Assembly: GCA_964016885.1 (NCBI GenBank)
Contig: OZ024753.1
Location: forward strand, 28,582,001 to 28,646,000
DNA length: 64,000 nt
From: Eledone cirrhosa
Taxonomy: Eukaryota
Direction of reading: 5' to 3'
Shown here in pieces: positions 52,831 through 64,000 of the stretch. The first letter of the stretch is position 1, and the number at the start of each line of letters is the position of its first letter. Position numbers and translations under genes: made by a program. A model generated the notes under the pieces. It worked only from the letters and a program-made list of their open reading frames with translations, made no database searches and was not told where the DNA came from.

Positions 52831-52904
52831 CACAACTAGCTCTTACATTTCTTCGAAGTAAAAACTGCCATCAGATGCTACAGTTCAACCACATGTAGTG
52901 AGAA

Positions 52905-53022
52905 TAATAGCAGTAGTAGCAGTAGTAGCAGTAGTAGCAGTAGTAGCAGTAGTAGTTGTAGCAGCAACAGCAGTCACTACAGCAGTAGCTGCAACAGCAG
53001 CAACAGCAACAGTAGTAGCTGT

Positions 53023-53074
<52 letters not shown>

Positions 53075-53290
53075 ATAGTAGTAGTAGTGATAGTAGTAGT
53101 AGTAGTGGTGGTGATAGTAGTAGTAGTAGTGGTGGTGGTGGTGGTCGTGGTGGTGGTGGTGGTGGTGGTGGTAGTAGTAGCAGTAGCAGTGGTAGTAGTA
53201 GCAGTAGCAGCAGCAGTAGTAGTGGGAGTGGTAGTAGAGGACATTGGAGTCATAGTAGTACTGCCAATGGTTGTATTGGTAGTAATGTAG
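52905..53290. repeat. (GTA/GCA/GTG)n triplet microsatellite
   Basis: Directly visible. Confidence 0.9.
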
Positions 53291-53769
53291 GGTTGGTGTT
53301 TAGCCCTAGGTCACACCTCATTCAGCAATCTTAGAATCTTAGACAGTACAGCCATGACCACCACCATCTAATGGGTGTAGAATCATAGATAGTACAACCA
53401 TTTATATATCAAACTTGATGTTTACACTCTACTAATGTATTGAGTACCTTACTAACTGTGGTTACCACCAATTGAACCTAGGACTTACGCACATATCTTT
53501 ACATTTTTTACTTCTCTTGTCTGTTTGTCTCTATCTATCTACACACATATATACACACATATATGTCTCTATCTATCTACCCATCTTTCTACCCATCTAT
53601 CTTTCCATCTCTCTCTCTCCTGTCATTTTCTTTTACTTTCTTTCAGACTTCTATCCCTGTATTGCTCCCTTAATTTTTTCCCCCTCAAAAATTGCCTTAG
53701 TTTCATGTCCCTCAATCTTATAATTTCTCAACACACATTTTCATAACCCCCTCTCTCTCTCTCAATTAT

Positions 53770-53816
<47 letters not shown>

Positions 53817-53817
<1 letters not shown>

Positions 53818-54021
53818 CGAAGGAATTGTGGTAAGGAACCAGATGGACCATAACACACCAGAGTACTCAATCCTTAGGGTAGTAGAGTGGGAAATAGGAA
53901 AAGAAATGACCCCGACGGCAGAGCTCAAGCCATTTCGACGGCTATTTCTGGACTAAATTCAATTTAGTTCAGAAATAGCCGTCGAAATGGCTTGAACTCT
54001 GTTGTCGGGGTCATACCTTTT

Positions 54022-54026
<5 letters not shown>
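53817..54026 (-). mobile_element. short PLE hairpin insertion with tail
   Basis: Inverted repeat at 53894-54026 whose apex precedes GAAA-TGGC-TT. Tail 53817-53893 reads CACTC...GAGTAC...CCTTACC on the minus strand. Relatives at 45642-45697 and 54404-54462. Confidence 0.7.
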
Positions 54027-54058
<32 letters not shown>

Positions 54059-54477
54059 ATACTTGGGGAGGGTCATATTGTTGTAATAATATTGCCAGAA
54101 ATAAAATACAGAACAGACTCACTGTTTCGTTGGTTTTCGGTTCTGTATCTTTTATATCTCCACAGTTAATTCATTCGGTCCTCAATGTTTATCATTGACT
54201 GACCAATGGTAAAAAATACAGATATAATATAGATATAAACACATATATATAGTCTAACAAAGTTCTTTTGTTGCATATCTGCAACATCATCAGTGGTACT
54301 ATTATGTTCCTCCTGTTGTATTGTATGTCTACGCCATTTTTGACACACAATTTCATATAAGAAACCTCGCAAAACAAATTCATCACCGTCATATATATAT
54401 ATATAGGAAAAAAGTTAGGGCCCCGATGGCTGAACTTCCTATTATCCACTCTACTACCCTAAATATATATATATATG

Positions 54478-54725
54478 TGAAGGCGCATGGCTTAGTGGTT
54501 AGAGCAGTAGGCTTGCAATCAAAAGGTTTCGAGTTCAATTCTTGGACCGGGTGATATGTTGTTTCCTTGAGCAAGACACTTTATTTCACATTGCTCCAGT
54601 TTACTCAGCTGAAAATGAGTACCAGCAATAGCTGGAGGTTTAACCCTGCGATGGACTGGCGTCCTGTCCATGGGAGAGACTTGTACTCTCAGTCGCTTCA
54701 CGCCATGAAACACCGGCCAAATGAG
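54478..54725 (+). mobile_element. family A SINE, tail type 2
   Basis: Head as in 25085, plus CCTGCGATGGACTGGCGTCCTGTCCA tail. Confidence 0.82.
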
Positions 54726-54982
54726 ATAGACTTAGATATATATATATTGGCTGTCTGCCTTTCAAAATGTTTATTTATTAAACATACTGTATATATTTAA
54801 GATATACGAAATTCACATACATATATGTATACAGCTATGCTGAAGCTAAATTTTAATTCTACTTTTAAGTTGAACCAATTTATACAGCTTCATATGCAAA
54901 TGAAGCTAATCAGCCTACCTACACAGGCAAAAATACTATATATTTTCACCTGTTTCAAGTTGCAGCAGAGACCAGGGAAGCT

Positions 54983-55023
54983 CTGTTCTGATGACAGTCA
55001 GAGCTCAAAATGTGCATAGACAG
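54983..55023 (+). ncRNA. decayed hammerhead ribozyme
   Basis: CTGTT-CTGATGA-CAGTCAGAGCTC-AAAA-TGTGCA-TA-GACAG, inside a ~335-bp partial direct repeat (54761/55095). Confidence 0.55.
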
Positions 55024-55250
55024 CTACCTCTTACTGCTTCTGCTGGAATCCACTAGATGTTGCTGGCCATCAGCTTTTCAATATTTATAGCTGGGCTTTC
55101 AAAATGTTTACTTATTGAACATACTGTGTCTAATCCATGCTAGCGTGGAAGATAGATGTTAATAGATGATGATGATGATGATGTATATCTTTAGATATAC
55201 AAAATTCACATACACACATGCACACACACACCCACACATATATATAATAC

Positions 55251-55286
<36 letters not shown>

Positions 55287-55297
55287 ATATGCAAAAG

Positions 55298-55339
<42 letters not shown>

Positions 55340-55379
55340 CGAAACATAAGTCAATTGCATGAACTCATAATCTTTATTT

Positions 55380-55436
55380 ACTGCTATATATATTTCGATG
55401 ATAGCCATTGAATGGCTATGACCTCATCAGTTAGTC
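55380..55436 (-). ncRNA. type-I hammerhead ribozyme (weak stem I)
   Basis: Minus strand: ACTAA-CTGATGA-GGTC ATAGCCAT TCA ATGGCTAT CATC-GAAA-TATATA-TA-GCAGT. Confidence 0.7.
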
Positions 55437-55542
55437 AGCTCTTAGATATGCCAGCTCTGTGTTTATAGTGTTGATGGTATCAGAGCATTGGGACATATGA
55501 GCTCTCTCTCTCTCTATATATATATATGCATGTGTGTATATA

Positions 55543-55590
<48 letters not shown>

Positions 55591-55968
55591 TATGTATATG
55601 CATATCTATCTATCTATATATATATATATATATATATGCATATGTATATGCATATCTATATATATATGCATATGTATATGCATGTCTATATATATATATG
55701 TATATGCATATCTCTCTCTATATATATATATATGCATATGTATATGCATATCTATATATATACATATAAACATATGCATATACATATGCATATATATATA
55801 TATTCCTTTTTTTCTGATTCCACCCTGCCCATCACTTCTAGCTTTCTAATTTTCCATTCTTTCTTCTGATGAAAACATTAAGACCCTCTTCCTACTATTT
55901 CAAGCGTTAAACTAATATATTCCTTCCATATACTGTACTGATTGTGTTGTTATTTCTGTTTACCTTTT

Positions 55969-56059
<91 letters not shown>

Positions 56060-56081
56060 CGGACGTAAAATGATGATGCTG

Positions 56082-56113
<32 letters not shown>

Positions 56114-56182
56114 ATAATATTATCTAATGAAGTGTGTGCATATATGTTTGTGTATATATATATATATATGTGTGAGCATATA

Positions 56183-56213
<31 letters not shown>

Positions 56214-56295
56214 GTATATGTGAGTGTGGGTGTATATATATATGTGTGTATATATACATATGTGTGTATATATGTGTGTATATATATATGTTATG

Positions 56296-56903
56296 TCAGG
56301 TCACCAGTTGGTGCTACTGGTAACATGTATCCCAGTACAACTTGTCTCATGGTTGGGTCGTTGGCGACTAAACTGGCAACCCCACCAAGGTTTTTTGGTG
56401 AGGAGGGTGACTTTAGACATCCAGCAGGACTAAAAACAAAACCTGTCAAAGGGCAAAGGAGCTCTTAAGAGTCAATGGCCATCCAAAATCACCGGGAGAG
56501 ATGACCCCTTAGCCTTTGTCAAGGCAGAATTCTAGGAGAAGGAAAACTCTGATATAACACCTGCAACCCTGATGGTATCCAATGATGTTGGCTTGTTCTT
56601 CTTTTTGGTAAATATCATCTTGGTTAAGAGAGTGGGACTGGCTTTGTGCAGTGCCTTTACTCACTATAAAAGCTTCACGGCACAGGCATTGCTTTATATC
56701 TGGAGATCTCTCTGCACTTGTCGTCACATGGTACCATGGGCCCAGCACTATGTGTCAATAATTGTCACAAGTGTAGTGTTTGTACCAGAGTTTTCAAGTC
56801 GCTGGCTGTGGACTAAAAATCACACTCGTTCAGCGCATCGGTAGGGTTTCTCCTACATGGATATAAAGTAGTGGCCATACTCGAAAACGAGTTGGCAGCC
56901 ACC
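56296..56903 (+). mobile_element. bipartite non-autonomous RTE derivative (copy 3)
   Basis: Full GTCAGGTCACC start through GAGTTGGCAGCCACC(AT)n. Confidence 0.82.
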
Positions 56904-56962
56904 ATATATATATGTGCATATATATGTGTGTATATATATAGGTGTGTATATATATATTTGCA

Positions 56963-57017
<55 letters not shown>

Positions 57018-57273
57018 ATATTCCTTCTATACTATCAACTTCTATTTTACAAACCAACACACACACACATCACTATCAAATCTGTTTCCTTTTATACACA
57101 CAATATAATACATATATAGATACATACGCAGTGATTCTTTCATTTCTTACTCCCACTTCATTGCTTCCACCACCATTTCTCTTATCCTCTCTTCTTTTCT
57201 CTCTTATCCTCTCTTCTTTTCTCTCTTACTCTCTCTGCTTTGCATCTCTCTTTCTCCCTCTTTTTGCGTTGAA

Positions 57274-57307
<34 letters not shown>

Positions 57308-57767
57308 TCTCTCTCTCTCTCTCTGCCTTGCATCCTTCTTACTTTCTCTCTAGCTCTTATCTCTCTCTCTCTCTCTCCCTCTCTTCTCATACATCTCACA
57401 CTCTACCTCTTTCTCTCTCTCTCTCTCTCTCTCACACACTCTCTCTCTAGCACTTGCATCTCACACACTCTCTTTCTCTCTCTCTAGCTCTCACACACTC
57501 TCACTTTTTCTCTCTCTATCTCTCTCACACACACACACACTCTCACTCTCTCTCTGTCTCTCTAGCTCTTACACTCACTGCCCCTCCTTCTTTCTCTCTC
57601 TAGCTCTCTCTCCCTCTCTCTAACTCTTACACAATATCTCATACTCGTTTCAACCATTGAACACATATCTTATGCACTGAGGTATAATTTATAAAATTCA
57701 CTTCTAACAACATATTGGATTTTCCTCTCTTCAAGACGACATTTTTTTTTTCGTCTATATCTTTCAG

Positions 57768-57782
57768 CTTCTTTGAAATTTG
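57768..57782 (+). other. candidate 15-nt microexon
   Basis: TTTTTTTTTTCGTCTATATCTTTCAG|CTTCTTTGAAATTTG|GTAAGT: strong acceptor and consensus donor. Confidence 0.3.
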
Positions 57783-57926
57783 GTAAGTTATTTCTTTTTT
57801 TCTTTTCATTCATTTCCTTTTATTTTCTTTCTTTGCATTGCTTTCATCTACTTTTGGTGTATCAACACTCTCTCTCTCCCCTCATTTTTGAAGAGGGTTG
57901 GCTGGTCATGATTTTCTCATACACAC

Positions 57927-57990
<64 letters not shown>

Positions 57991-57995
57991 GTGTG

Positions 57996-58039
<44 letters not shown>

Positions 58040-58235
58040 CTTATATATGTATGTATGTATATATATATATATATGTGTGTGTATATGTGTGTATGTATGG
58101 ATGTATATGTGTATGCATGCATGCATGTATGTATATATAGATGTATGTTGTATATATATATATATGTGTGTGTGTTTATGTATATGTATTTATGTATATA
58201 ATGTATATATATATATATATTTATGCATGTATATG

Positions 58236-58304
<69 letters not shown>

Positions 58305-58386
58305 GCATGTATATGTAAGTATGTATGTATATATGTATATATATATCTATGCATGTGTATCTATATATGTATATATGTATATGTAT

Positions 58387-58569
58387 CAGTGAAATTCTGT
58401 TATAAAGAAATTCATGGGGTATAAAAAAAATTTTGTTGCAACGAAAAACTCTTTATAACGAGATTGACCAAAACAAATTGAGATTTTGTTTATTACCTTG
58501 GGGATTGAAAAAAATTTCATTACACTGAAAAATTCATTATAATGGTATATGTCAACAGAATTTTACCTG
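58387..58569. mobile_element. pogo/Tigger-like MITE
   Basis: CAGTGAAATTCTGTT...AACAGAATTTTACCTG|TA. Confidence 0.6.
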
Positions 58570-58579
58570 TATATATATG

Positions 58580-58639
<60 letters not shown>

Positions 58640-58915
58640 AAGTCTGACTTAAGCCAGAAGGCTCATTTGGTCAGTGCTTATCCCAGTTTCATGGTGTGAA
58701 GCAACTGAAAGTACAAGACTACTCCCTGGACAGGACACCAGTCCATCGTAGGGTTAAATTCCCAGCTATTGCTGGTACTCATTTTCAGCTGAGTATACTG
58801 GAGCAATATGAAATAAAGTGTTTTGTTCAAGAACACAGCACGCAACCCAGTAATCGAACCCACGACATTATAATCATAAGTCCAACACCCTTACCACTAG
58901 GCCATGTGCCTCCAC
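58640..58915 (-). mobile_element. family A SINE, tail type 2
   Basis: Close match to the reverse complement of 10137-10419. Confidence 0.8.
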
Positions 58916-59612
58916 ATATATATATATATATGTGTATGTATGTATATGTACGTCAGGTCACTCTTGAGTGCTACTGGTAACATGTAATCCAGTACATTTA
59001 AACCAGCAACCTCATCAAGCTTTCTTGGTATTTAGACACTCTGCGTGATGAAAAACACAACCCTTCAAAGGGTGAAGGAACCCATGGGAATCAATGGCCA
59101 CCCAACAGTGTGTGTATATGTGTGTTTATTTTCTGTGTGTGTGTATGTGTGTGTATAATTTTTTAACTCATAATATTTTATTTTAAAGATTTTATTTTGT
59201 ATTTCTTATTTTTATATATATTGTATATTATTATTTTATTTTTTTATTTTTATTGTATACCATTATTTTAAAGCTCTGATATAATATCATGACTCAGATT
59301 GCTGAGAATTCCCTTCCCAGGACCCTTGTTTTAGTAATCTTTGACTCATAGGGTAGATTGGACTCTATCGTTAAGGCAACTCATCTCGTCTAAAGTCTGT
59401 CTTAAGCCAGTGCTTACCCTGGTTTCATGGTGTGAAGAAACTGAGAGTACAAGACTTCCCCCTGGACAGGATGCCAGTCCATTGCAGGGTTAAACCCCCA
59501 GCTATTGTTGGTACTCATTTTCAGCTGAGTATACTGGAACAACATGAAATGAAGTGTTTTGCTCAAGAACACCACATGCAACCCAGCCCAGGAATTAAAT
59601 CTACAACATTAT

Positions 59613-59819
59613 GATTTCATTGGTGTGAGACATATGGAATGACAAGACCAACAACTTCAGGGGCCTCAGGTTTGTATTTCAGATTTTACCATCTCCTAGA
59701 CTAGAGGTAAGTCCAACACCCTTACCTCTAGTCTAGGAGATGGTAAAATCTGAAATATAAACCTGAGGCCCCTGAAGTTGTTGGTCTTGTCATTCCATAT
59801 GTCTCACACCAATGAAATC
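59613..59819. repeat. 99-bp-arm inverted duplication interrupting a family A SINE (59388-59730, -)
   Basis: 59613-59711 is the reverse complement of 59721-59819 (one mismatch); loop TCCAACACC. Confidence 0.88.
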
Positions 59820-60442
59820 TTCTATTGTCAAGATGTGAGGCAGTTCTGCGCAAGCAATGTCCACTAATATGTTTAACTGCGCAGATACTTCGATACTACA
59901 AGCTCAGTTAATATCAGCTGTATGGTTGACAGTCACCTTAAAATCTAGTAATTATGGGTAACCTCAACTGGAGGGCTGGATCTGACTTTATGACATAACA
60001 AGCCATGGATAAACAATGTTGAAATGAGATATCACTGCAGATTAGTTCTTCAGTTAGCTGTTCAAATGCCTTTCAAAGCTCAAAAGTTATTTAAGATCTC
60101 ATGCTAGGAAGGAACAATAATAGGTACAGGAAGAGGTGAAGCTCTCTCTCTATATATATATGTATATACATATATATATATATGTATGTATATATATGTA
60201 TATATATATATGTGTATATGAATGTGTGTGTATGTATACATGTGTGCGTGTGTGTATGCATGTATATATATATTTCTGTGTATGTATTTTTGTGTATATG
60301 CATATGCATGTATATATATATATATGTATGCATGTAGATATGTATACATGTATATATATATATATGTATGCATATACATATGTGTATGCACATATGTATG
60401 TGTATATGCATATATATATTTGTTTATATATATATATATTTG

Positions 60443-60483
<41 letters not shown>

Positions 60484-61082
60484 TTGCTAGCAGGGAAAAT
60501 GGACATTAAATGATGATGATGATGATGATGATAATATGAAGAGATATTAACACGTCCATCTGTCACTCATAATTTTCAATGTCTTTATTTTAATGTGTCG
60601 ATGTTGGAAAGTGTTTTTACTCTAACACATTTCACTTAACTGAAGTTTTAAAGAGAATGCAGTGAACGAGTTTAACACATATTATTACCAAGAATATGAT
60701 AAAAGCTAATTCAGAGACTCAGTTTTCAGTAGCTGGCTTAATAGTGTATGATTGTATTTTATGTGTGTTTGTTGACGTAGGAAATATTAAGAAGTGACAA
60801 AACCCACAACATGGAATGAAATATGCTGTATTATGAACAGTAAGAATTCTTTGTAGTAAGTGTAGTTAGTGGTGATTTATGATCTATTGAGGTGAGCTGT
60901 GACATCCATGTCTTTCCAGAGAAAAAGAGAGACAGAGAGAGAGGAGGATATATATATATATATAGAGAGAGAGAGAGTAAGAGAGAGAGAGATAGGGGTA
61001 GATAGAGATAGGGGTAGAGAGAGGAGGATTTATATATATATATATATATAGGGAGAGAGAGAGTGAGAAATAAAATTCTAAT

Positions 61083-61124
<42 letters not shown>

Positions 61125-62387
61125 GAGAGAGAGTATATAGATATATTTATTCAGTATATGTCTAAATGTAAACATGGATTCCTAGCTGTATAGAAACTGT
61201 TACAAACTGTTTGCTATATACCTATCACTGCTGTATCAGACAAATCCTAATTCTATGTGACATAGATGGACTTCACTTCCATAAACACAGCTTCTACATA
61301 TAGTTTAGAAGGAAATAGAAATGAAATTGCTTTTATATTTATATATTTCCTAAAGGTGTAAGTTTAGTGATCTGGGAATTGAGAACCAAATGACAGCCTT
61401 TTGTTTTTGTTTAGCCTGAGGTCATCCTTGGCTTAGCAAACCTTTCTATGATCAAAGGTTATCCAGTCTTCATTATGCTGTATATAGTGAATTGGAGATA
61501 GCATTATGGATCACCAAAATGACTACATCTTAATTCAAGGTTAACAAATACACAGTTTATTATTGTTAATTTATTTTGAGGATGGCGGATTGGCAGAATT
61601 GGTAGAGCATCAGACACCATGCTTTGCAGTATAGAGCTATGTTCCTTTACTTTTTGTGTTCAAATCCCATCCTTACAGGGGTCGATAAAATAAAGTACCA
61701 GTTCCGCACTGAGGTCGATTTAATCGACTTTCTCTTCCCCCAAATTGCTAACCTTGAGCCAAATGTAGAAAATATTATACTATATATGTAGTTCAGAAAT
61801 AATGAATCAGAGACAATATTATGGATCACTAAAATGACTCCTTCTTAATTCAAGGTTAACAAATACAGTTTATTAGTGTTAATTTATTTCATCAATCCCT
61901 TCTACTTGGTAATTTCAACTGCGATTTGAAATTTAGAACAAACCGTCAAATATGGATCTAAGAATATATGTATGGACATGTAACATGTCTAAGACACGTT
62001 GTATGTCACTATGAATTCCCTAGGACTCTACCAGGCGTTACAAGTTCATACATACATTTTTAGTATGTTTGATTGTTTTTCTGAGTCTTCACTATTCATT
62101 TAAAACTCAGTGGAGCCCATCACTCTCCAGGTTTGAACACAGGAGTTACTTGATATGTGACATTGTTTTGTGATGCATGGTATTGCTGGTCAAAGGCAAG
62201 TCTCTAGCAGGACTAAAACGCCACGTCCGTGTTGCTCATGCTTAAGTATCAAGCGATGGCATTACTTGAAATTGGGTTGCAGCCATCATATATCTCTCTC
62301 TCTCACTCTCTCTCTCTGTCTCTCTCTATATATATATATATATTAGAATATAAATATTAATAAAATAGATGTTCTTTTGATCAATTA

Positions 62388-62443
62388 CATTTTATTATAC
62401 AAATTTCGGATGTACATCAGTATGTCCTCATCAGACAAAATAT
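62388..62443 (-). ncRNA. type-I hammerhead ribozyme in a pLTR-like fragment (~62342-62650)
   Basis: Minus strand: TATTTTGT-CTGATGA-GGACAT ACTG ATGTACATCC-GAAA-TTTGTA-TA-ATAAAATG. Confidence 0.72.
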
Positions 62444-62934
62444 AATGATACATGACAAACCCTGAGATGTTAAATGGTTAAGATTTAATCAAGGTAGTGA
62501 TTAACCTAAGAGAAAATTTAACATTTATACCCTAATAATGAGAAAATGCGAAAACGTAATAAATTCAATAGAGAATGTGTGAGTTAGAAAAACGTTGCTT
62601 AATGAAACAGTTATAGAGATTTTAAAATGTATGATACTACAATTTATCTAGGAAAGCATTTCATGAATTATAACAGGCATATATGTGTAGGTAACACGGT
62701 AAAAACCTCCCAGTCCACACTGTAAACGTGATTGGTGTTAGGAAGGGCATCCAGCCGTAGAAAACCCACCAGACAGTCCTATGCGAGCAAGACAACCACT
62801 CTTGCCTCAAGTGGGAAAACTCCCGTCCAAACCCATGCAAGCATGGAAGATGGATGTTAAACGATGATGATGATGATGATATATATATATACAAAGTGTT
62901 TAAAACGATCAAATTTTAGTTTAGAACATTTATT

Positions 62935-62981
62935 TGCTGACAATTGTTTCTTCCAGCGGGAAGTCTGGAATCATCGGAGTA
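62935..62981 (-). ncRNA. type-I hammerhead ribozyme with CCGATGA core
   Basis: Minus strand: TACT-CCGATGA-TTCCAG ACTTCCCG CTGGAA-GAAA-CAATTG-TC-AGCA. Confidence 0.7.
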
Positions 62982-63912
62982 TATGGAATGTCAAAACATG
63001 TGACTAAAATCCTAGTCATTCAGAACATTTAGGATACATAAGTGTTGTTAGTGTCTTAGACATCATGTGGAGAGTCAGATGCTTGAGAGAACACAATTAC
63101 AAGCAGCACTGGTTGAAAGTGTAAGAGGTATAAGCAAAAAGTACAGGCAAAAAAGTTATAAGCAAGGAAAAATGTGGGTTAGGATAGATATAAGATATAA
63201 GATATCTTAACATTGGAGAACAATGTTATGGGTGTACACTGCAGGAGTTAATACAATCAATAAGGCATGTATGAGGAAAGAGTTATAATGCAGTTGAAAT
63301 AAACATATTTCGTGTGGGATGTTAAAGCATGTTCTAGGTGTTAGAAATGTTTAAGATAGCGGGATAATGTAGGTATATGTTATGTGAGGTGTAACGCAAA
63401 GTACGTGATAGAATTGGATAGGTGATTTTCACTCAAGTGTTTTTGTGTTGTAGTTTGTATGTATGTGTATATGTTGTTTGTAACTCACATCTATTAACCA
63501 TGGAATTATTTTGAGTCGTTTATGTATATATATATATGTACTGCCTCTCTGTTTTGTTCCCGTTCCATTTTTCACTATCATCATCATTTTACGTCCGCTT
63601 TTCCCTGCTTGCAAGGGTATATATATATGAAAACAGGGAGAAAGAGACGATTATTAGGAAGAAAAATATATTTTTTTCCTTTTTCATTTCTCTCTCTTTT
63701 TTTCTGGGTTAGAAAATGATTAAAACGAAATGTTTTACTTTGTGTGAAGTGTTAAGGTATTAGTTGATTTATTTATTATTTAACAATGGCATTTATTTAT
63801 CTATTTATATATTTAATAATTGTCTATTACCGGTTTCAGCATTTTTATGCATTATGTTTTCATATATATATATATATATCCTAACTCGTGTGCTTCCTCT
63901 CCACATTTTATT

Positions 63913-64000
<88 letters not shown>

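Noticed and set aside
52885-53290. Thr/Ala- and Val-rich ORFs
   Set aside because: Short triplet microsatellite without convincing splice or start context.
56296-56400. twister or complete HDV-like ribozyme in the RTE leader
   Set aside because: Could not assign twister T1/T2 or HDV P1/P1.1 pairings by eye; kept only as an unclassified structured motif.

Overview
AT-rich eukaryotic repeat-dominated DNA, intronic or intergenic. The microsatellite density and SINE families look most like an octopod cephalopod (inference from recalled sequence, not a database hit). No intact host gene is evident, and almost all ORF-track entries are microsatellite artefacts. The window holds a near full-length but disrupted Penelope-like retroelement (PLE; RT plus C-terminal GIY-YIG, ~18690-22674), a truncated second copy, and many PLE-derived hairpin insertions in (TA)n. 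Together these carry about 20 intact or decayed minimal type-I hammerhead ribozyme (HHR) motifs from roughly eight sequence families. Also present: RTE-group LINE fragments (one with a PHD finger inside the RT, one with a twin-priming 5' inversion), three copies of a bipartite non-autonomous RTE derivative, a Dong/R4 3' end, two major tRNA-derived SINE families, hAT/mariner/pogo/piggyBac MITEs, a foldback element with 210-bp TIRs, and a 3.7-kb triplet repeat open as a Thr-rich (mucin-like) frame. The most striking signal is a shared architecture across unrelated PLE families: (TA)n - inverted pLTR arm - body - pLTR with HHR - tail - (TA)n. The tails share an ACTC...GAGT stem and an ACTYACC-like end, and two copies of one family show reciprocal structures suggesting two-ended priming from TA repeats.
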